The notes beneath the pieces were generated by a model. The model saw only the letters and a program-made list of their open reading frames with translations, had not been told where the DNA came from and made no database searches. DNA of 64,000 nucleotides from NCBI GenBank assembly GCA_964035545.1, contig OZ037768.1, forward strand, positions 1 to 64,000, read 5' to 3'. Within the stretch, counting starts at the first letter, position 1, and each line of letters opens with the position of its first letter. The stretch is from Bugula neritina (lineage: Eukaryota > Animalia > Bryozoa). Position numbers and translations under genes: made by a program. Below, piece by piece: positions 56,901 through 64,000 of the stretch.

Positions 56901-59607
56901 CACTGTATATTACACACTATACGCTGTATATTACACACTATACGCTGTATATTACACACTATACGCTGTATATTACACACTATACACTGTATATTACACA
57001 CTATACACTGTATATTACACACTATACACTGTATATTACACACTATACCCTGTATATTACACACTACACACTGTATATTACACACTATATGTTGTATATT
57101 ACATACTATACGCTGTATATTACACATTATACGCTGTATATTACACACTATACACTGTATATTACACACTATACACTGTATATTACACACTATACACTGT
57201 ATATTACACACTATACCCTGTATATTACACACTACACACTGTATATTACACACTATACACTGTATATTACACACTATACACTGTATATTACACACTATAC
57301 GCTGTATATTACACACTATACGCTGTATATTACATACTATACACTGTATATTACACACTATACCCTGTATATTACACACTACACACTGTATATTACACAC
57401 TATACGCTGTATATTACACACTATACGCTGTATATTACACACTATACGCTGTATATTACACACTATACACTGTATATTACACACTATACACTGTATATTA
57501 CACACTATACACTGTATATTACACACTATACCCTGTATATTACACACTACACACTGTATATTACACACTATATGTTGTATATTACATACTATACGCTGTA
57601 TATTACACATTATACGCTGTATATTACACACTATACACTGTATATTACACACTATACACTGTATATTACACACTATACACTGTATATTACACACTATACC
57701 CTGTATATTACACACTACACACTGTATATTACACACTACACGCTGTATATTACACACTATACGCTGTATATTACACACTATACGCTGTATATTACACACT
57801 ATACACTGTATATTACACACTATACCCTGTATATTACACACTACACACTGTATATTACACACTATATGTTGTATATTACACACTATACGCTGTATATTAC
57901 ACACACTATACGCTGTATATTACACACTATACGCTGTATATTACACACTATACACTGTATATTACACACTATACCCTGTATATTACACACTACACACTGT
58001 ATATTACACACTATACCCTGTATATTACACACTACACACTGTATATTACACACTATACGCTGTATATTACACACTATACGCTGTATATTACACACTATAC
58101 GCTGTATATTACACACTATACACTGTATATTACACACTTTACACTGTATATTACACACTATACGCTGTATATTACACACTATACACTGTATATTACACAC
58201 TATACGCTGTATATTACACACTATACACTGTATATTACACACTATACGCTGTATATTACACACGCTATACGCTGTATGTTACACACTATACACTCTGTAT
58301 GTATGTTTCAGGACGAAGTGGATGACAATGGCTGCACTCCTCTGATGATTGCCGCTGCCTGGGGACATACTCAGACTGTCGCTAATCTAATCAAACACGG
58401 AGCTAACGTCAGCCTCACAGATGCTAGACTGAGAACATGCCTGCACTACTGCGTGGACCAGGCTTCCCCCTCCCTCACCACTGTTCACATTCTCTGCACC
58501 AAGGCTAACGCTGACGTAGACGCCAAGGACCAGAAGGGACAGACAGCTCTGATGATCGCTGCCAGGAGAGGGCAGCTTGTCGTAGCCAAGTGCCTGTTGG
58601 CTCACTCGGCTGACCCTATAGTGTGTGACTACGAGGCTCTAGAGGCTGTGGACTACTGCAAGAGAGGAGACTACAGGATGAAGAGACTCATTACCAGATT
58701 CTCTAGTCAGTACCTTGTCCACGTGCTGCCTTATATACTATTGTATGCTATTGTATGCTAGTATATGCTAGTATATACTGATACCATGATAATATAATAT
58801 AGCTATATCCATCTCTTATCACAGGCATGCCCTACCTAGAGAGATGTTGCATAGAGACGAAGAGAGTTGAGTATCGTGAGGTGCTGGACGTCACTCGTAT
58901 ACTACACATGCTACAAAGGAAACACATCATTACCCCGCAACTCGAGGCCATCGTACTCGCTGACCCTGGCTTTACTGGCAGAGTTGACAGACTCCTCGAT
59001 ATACTCATGTCTCGGGGGCCTCAGGTTAATATTCTCTCTCAGCTACTGCAGATATTCTCTCAGCTACTGCAGATTTTCTCTCTCAGCTACTGCAGATTTT
59101 CTCTCTCAGCTACTGCGGATATTCTCTCTCAGCTACTGCAGATATTCTCTCTCAGCTACTGCAGATATTCTCTCAGCTACTGCAGATATTCTCTCAGCTA
59201 CTGCAGATATTCTCTCAGCTACTGCAGATATTCTCTCAGCTACTGCAGATATTCTCTCAGCTACTGCAGATATTCTCTCAGCTACTGCAGATATTCTCTC
59301 AGCTACTGCAGATATTCTCTCTTTCAGCTACTGCAGATATTCTCTCTCTCAGCTACTGCAGATATTCTCTCAGCTACTGCAGATATTCTCTCTCAGCTAC
59401 TGCAGATATTCTCTCTCTCAGTTACTGCAGATATTCTCTCTTTCAGCTACTGCAGATTTTCTCTCTCACCATGTTAATGTATGGATGCCTCCTTTCTTTT
59501 AGGCATTTGATGTGTTTGCGGAGGCCCTGAAGTCTTACTACCCTGTCTTGGGGCACGAGCTGCTCAAACTCCACTATCTCAGGAGGCAAACTGAAATCAA
59601 AGGCTAA
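50035..59607 (+). CDS. Long ankyrin-repeat protein with C-terminal CARD (death-fold) domain, ~1163 aa, 10 exons
   Basis: Exons 50035-50554, 51419-51511, 52222-52780, 53183-53310, 53905-55012, 55163-55383, 55643-55806, 58312-58705, 58825-59024 and 59503-59607 sum to 3492 nt in frame. Many ANK units (GETSLLEAC, GMTLLMEAA, GRNVLFYA, GCTPLMIAA). The C-terminus RVDRLLDILMSRGPQAFDVFAEALKSYYPVL is a CARD helix 4-6 signature. Confidence 0.88.
50850..51068. repeat. (ACT)n/(AGT)n trinucleotide tract in intron 1 of the ankyrin gene
   Basis: ACT runs switch to AGT runs. Confidence 0.9.
51528..52216. repeat. 32-bp intronic minisatellite, ~20 units
   Basis: Unit TATTAACACTATATACTATGTGACATACTGTA. It runs up to the acceptor at 52221. 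Confidence 0.95.
55811..58295. repeat. 21-bp intronic minisatellite, ~118 units, with higher-order variant blocks
   Basis: Unit TATATTACACACTATAC[A/G/C]CTG, between the donor at 55807 and the acceptor at 58311. Source of the spurious 1035/665/418-aa ORFs. Confidence 0.95.
59029..59468 (+). repeat. 21-25-bp intronic minisatellite, ~20 units
   Basis: Unit ATATTCTCTC(TC)nAGCTACTGCAG, inside the intron that splits the CARD. Confidence 0.9.
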
Positions 59608-60145
59608 AGTTGAGGTTGAATTCCAGAAGTGCTCTTAGACTGAGAATTAATCATTTCACTCACCCTTTCACTCATTTCTTTGTTAGTTAGAGTTATCGCC
59701 CCAATTTACTACTATCTACTAGTTAGAGTTATCGCCCCAATTTACTACTATCTACTAGTTAGAGTTATCGCCCCAACGTACTGTTATCTGCTTTAATCAA
59801 AGCTACAGATACTGTGACAGCAGAATATTTATATCCTTAGCTGTTAACTATGAAGTATCAGACAATCACTAGTCTATAGTAATAAGCTTTAGAATCACGT
59901 AGGTGCTTTCCTTGCCAATCAGCCATCTTTTAACGCCAAAACATTTTGTATGCAGGAATCAGGCTTTTGCTTGCTTCATACATATTTTATGCAGCTATTT
60001 GAATCAAACTCAATATTTGTGTAATATTTTTATACAGTTGACACGTCAACTTTGTGATATTATTTTTGCCATAATAATAGTCTATATTGTCAGTATTCAA
60101 ACTGAGTGGGCAACTTTTGTTACATGTTCCAGAGCTTGCTGTTCT

Positions 60146-60843
60146 TACTATATAGTCTCTGTTCCACACTACTATATAGTCTCTGTTCCACACTACTATA
60201 TAGTCTCTGCTCCACACTATTATATAGTCTCTGTTCCACACTACTATATAGTCTCTGCTCCACACTACTATATAATCTCTGCTCCACACTATTATATAGT
60301 CTCTGTTCCACACTACTATATAGTCTCTGTTCCACACTACTATATAGTCTCTGTTCCACACTATTATATAGTCTCTGTTCCACACTATTATATAGTCTCT
60401 GCTCCACACTACTATATAGTCTCTGTTCCACACTATTATATAGTCTCTGCTCCACACTACTATATAGTCTCTGTTCCACACTACTATATAATCTCTGTTC
60501 CACACTATTATATAGTCTCTGCTCCACACTATTATATAGTCTCTGTTCCATACTATTATATAGTCTCTGTTCCACACTACTATATAGTCTCTGTTCCACA
60601 CTACTATATAGTCTCTGTTCCACACTATTATATAGTCTCTGCTCCACACTATTATATAGTCTCTGCTCCACACTACTATATAGTCTCTGTTCCACACTAT
60701 TATATAGTCTCTGTTCCACACTATTATATAGTCTCTGTTCCACACTATTATATAGTCTCTGTTCCACACTACTATATAGTCTCTGTTCCACACTATTATA
60801 TAGTCTCTGTTCCACACTACTATATAGTCTCTGTTCCACACTA
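60146..60843. repeat. 24-bp minisatellite, ~29 units
   Basis: Unit TACTATATAGTCTCTGTTCCACAC. Confidence 0.95.
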
Positions 60844-60884
60844 TGAAGGCATGTATTGATTTCTAGTAAAGCTGTTGCACTTCA

Positions 60885-62670
60885 CTAACTCCGTGTATGA
60901 ACTCTGAGGACATTGACATCTGCGGGGTTATATCCATTATTTAGTAGAGATGTCATTGCCCCTCAACATCACTTAGTGTTGCCCTGCCCTGTGGATTCAT
61001 TACAGAATTACATACTATACTGTATACTACACTCTGTATACTATACTCTATATACTGTACTCTATACTCTATACTCTATATACTGTACTCTATACTCTAT
61101 ATACTATACTATATACTGTACACTATATACTGTATATATTATATACACCATCTGATGTCACAAAAGGATAACCTCTCACCTCTGTAAGTGTCACAATATG
61201 CTCTTTTATATTATATTATACATTATATTCTGTAACCGATATAGTCACATGCACCCCACTTGTTCATGTCACTCCCTTATACAATGACTCCTGGGCAGTT
61301 TTTAGCACCTGTTGACACTTTCAACAGGTGCCCTGTGCTAAAATATACTAGCCCTTTTATCATCACCTGCATGTGACTCACTTATATGCAGTTTTATGCT
61401 GAATATTATGTAACACTCAGTGCAATCTCTTCATGTAATTAATCTGTTTCTCTAATTATTCACTAATCAGAAAGTACAGTTCCTCTGTCTGCCCTCCTCC
61501 ACCCTCCCTCACCAAATATTTGAGGTGTGTGTCCTCTGTCTGCCCTCCTCAACCCTCCCTCACCAAATATTTGAGGTGTGTGTTGACCAAGGTGGATGTA
61601 CTAAGTTGTGATATGGGTGTGAACTAGTATAGCACTGTTGTCATGGTGATATGATACATAAAGCTAGCTGTAGTACATAACACTAGCTGTATTTATCCTG
61701 GAGCAGGCAACGAGTTGGGATTATCTGGTACAAGACTGGGTGAGTGAGTTATACAGATAATATATATTATATGTATTCCTAGTAGATTATTGCTATATAT
61801 TACAGTAAAACATATATCCTATGTCAATTGTATGTCATTATGTTGTGTAATTATTATGTAATAGTCCAGGTGAACCATTTCTTACTTGGCAAAATATAAT
61901 ATTATATTAGGATAAGAGATGCCTTCTGGAATATTCCAACATACATCTGAACTCATACTCCATCACTACTGACTATTCACTAGTGACTGTTGACTCATAC
62001 TCCATCACTACTGACTATTCACTAGTGACTGTTGACTCATACTCCATCACTACTGACTATTCACTAGTGACTGTTGACTCATACTTCATCACTACTGACT
62101 ATTCACTAGTGACTGTTGACTCATACTCCATCACTACTGACTATTCACTGGTGACTGTTGACTCATACTACATAACTCTCCACCATATAGAACTAAAGTA
62201 GTCATGCACTGTTATCACAGTAGTAACTAGTGTAGTTACACATGTTATCACAGTAGTAACTAGTGTAGTTATACATGTTATCACAGTAGTAACTAGTGTA
62301 GTCACACATGTTATCACAGTAGTAACTAGTGTAGTTACACATGTTATCACATTAGTAACTAGTGTAGTCACACATGTTATCACAGTAGTAACTAGTGTAG
62401 TTATACATGTTATCACAGTAGTAACTAGTGTAGTCACACATGTTATCACAGTAGTAACTAGTGTAGTTATACATGTTATCACAGTAGTAACTAGTGTAGT
62501 CACACATGTTATCACAGTAGTAACTAGTGTAGTTATACATGTTATCACAGTAGTAACTAGTGTAGTTATACATGTTATCACAGTAGGAACTAGTGTATTA
62601 GGGATTTGGTGGCCATGTGATTAAGTTACCATTTCCCTTTAGCTGGTGAATAATAACAGATTTCTAGATA
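60885..62670 (-). CDS. Possible 3' micro-exons of an unidentified minus-strand gene
   Basis: Short AG...GT-bounded open segments separated by arrays: 60885-60919 (DVNVLRVHTRS*), 61149-61181 (EVRGYPFVTSD), ~61887-61946 and ~62630-62663. The last two exons of the gene are phase compatible. No family recognised. Confidence 0.25.
61951..62597. repeat. 42-bp (61951-62170, ~5 units) and 33-bp (62210-62597, ~12 units) minisatellites
   Basis: Units ACTCATACTCCATCACTACTGACTATTCACTAGTGACTGTTG and ACATGTTATCACAGTAGTAACTAGTGTAGTTAT. Confidence 0.9.
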
Positions 62671-62984
62671 TAATCTCACAAATTACATTTTTGCGGTGAG
62701 CATTAGCTCAGAGTTTTGATGAATGTGCAGATGTTGCTCAACACCAGGTCTAAAGTGCCTCTTATTAATATGTATGTATTTTATTGCAATAGTCCTTAAA
62801 TTAAGTTATTTATTAAAACTTTTACACTTCACTACCCTTGCTTTAGTTTCACCGGTAAAGAGGTTTTGTTGATAGCTAACATTTCTCTCCTGGTCTCTCA
62901 CATTGATAGGGAGAGCTCTTGGTGCTGGTGTTATGTAACAACAGCTAACAGTTAAATTAATTACCACACTAAGTGGATCGATAT

Positions 62985-63430
62985 ATTACCTGTGAATACA
63001 TGACCTGTAGACACATTACCTGTAGATACATTACCTGTAGACACATTACCTGTAGATACATTACCTGTAGACACATTACCTGTAAATACATTACCTGTAG
63101 ACATCTTACCTGTTGATGCATTACCTGTAGACACCTTACCTGTGAATACATTACCTGTAGATACACTACCTGTAGACACACTACCTGTAGATACATTACC
63201 TGTAGACACCTTACCTGTAGACACCTTACCTGTTGATGCATTACCTGTAGACACCTTACCTGTAAATACATTACCTGTAGATAAATTACCTGTAGATGCA
63301 CTACCTGCAGATACATTACCTGCGGACACATTACCTGTAGATACATTACCTGTAAACACATTACCTGTAGATACACTACCTGTAGACACATTACCCGTAG
63401 ATACATTACCTGTAGACACATTACCTGTAG
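62985..63430 (-). repeat. 15-bp minisatellite, ~30 units, with CAG|GTA in nearly every unit on the - strand
   Basis: The minus-strand unit is TCTACAG|GTAATGT[A/G]. Confidence 0.9.
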
Positions 63431-64000
63431 GCTATTGCTACCTCTAACATGTTAACACATATCACTCAGCATTGAATTCATTGTCTTAAAACTAAGCATC
63501 AATATTAAACAGTTGTGAGGTTAGAAACTCCCTATTTAATATCTGGTGGAGAAAGACACAGCTGTAGCTCTATTATCTTTACTCACCCTCACCTAATCTA
63601 AATAATTACATTGAATAATAAACCTGCATAACAAACTGCTGTGTGGAAAGCTGAATAGCCACTATTATATTCATTCAAGTCTAACTCGGGTCTTATACAA
63701 TCATCGCACTGTTTCACTGTTCTCTTTAAAATGAATAATTATTTGCCAGCTTAAGATTATTAATAACACAGATGCTTGCCTCTATTAGTCATTTTGAGGT
63801 AGCAATTTGTACTATGCATTGCTTACTTGTGTGTGTATTGTTGGCTGTGTAACTGTACTCGTAAAAAATTTCAGGTAAGCTTGTAGTTTTACATGTGCTG
63901 TGTGTAGTAACACATGTGCTGTGTGTAGTAACACATGTGCTGTGTGTAGTAGCACACGTACTGTGTGTAGTAACACATGTGCTGTGTGTAGTAACACATG

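Overview
Eukaryotic (animal) chromosome end. Bases 1-15.2 kb are a layered telomere: about 9.5 kb of (CCCCAAA)n (TTTGGGG on the G strand), then about 4.3 kb of essentially perfect (CCCCGAA)n, then about 1.26 kb of (CCCCGAG)n. It ends in CCCCAAA-CCCTAAA-CCCTA and an abrupt switch to unique AT-rich DNA. From 20.7 kb there is a compact run of spliced genes, which I modelled by hand from splice sites and reading phase: a SULT-type sulfotransferase (+), a ~1220-aa MSP-domain/coiled-coil/C-terminal-TM protein (+), CDK5RAP3 (-), NELF-E (+), CHCHD2/10 (+), a ~1160-aa ankyrin-repeat + CARD protein (+), and possibly small exons of another minus-strand gene at the right end. Most long introns look like ~80-110 nt introns inflated by a private 14-42 bp tandem array that starts at or near a splice site. 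Several arrays multiply the splice signal itself (YAG|GT units). Almost all long ORFs in the supplied track are artefacts of these arrays. A fold-back element rich in G-U pairs lies between CDK5RAP3 and NELF-E. The organism may be a lophotrochozoan such as a cheilostome bryozoan; this rests on my unverified recollection of AAACCCC telomeres in that group.
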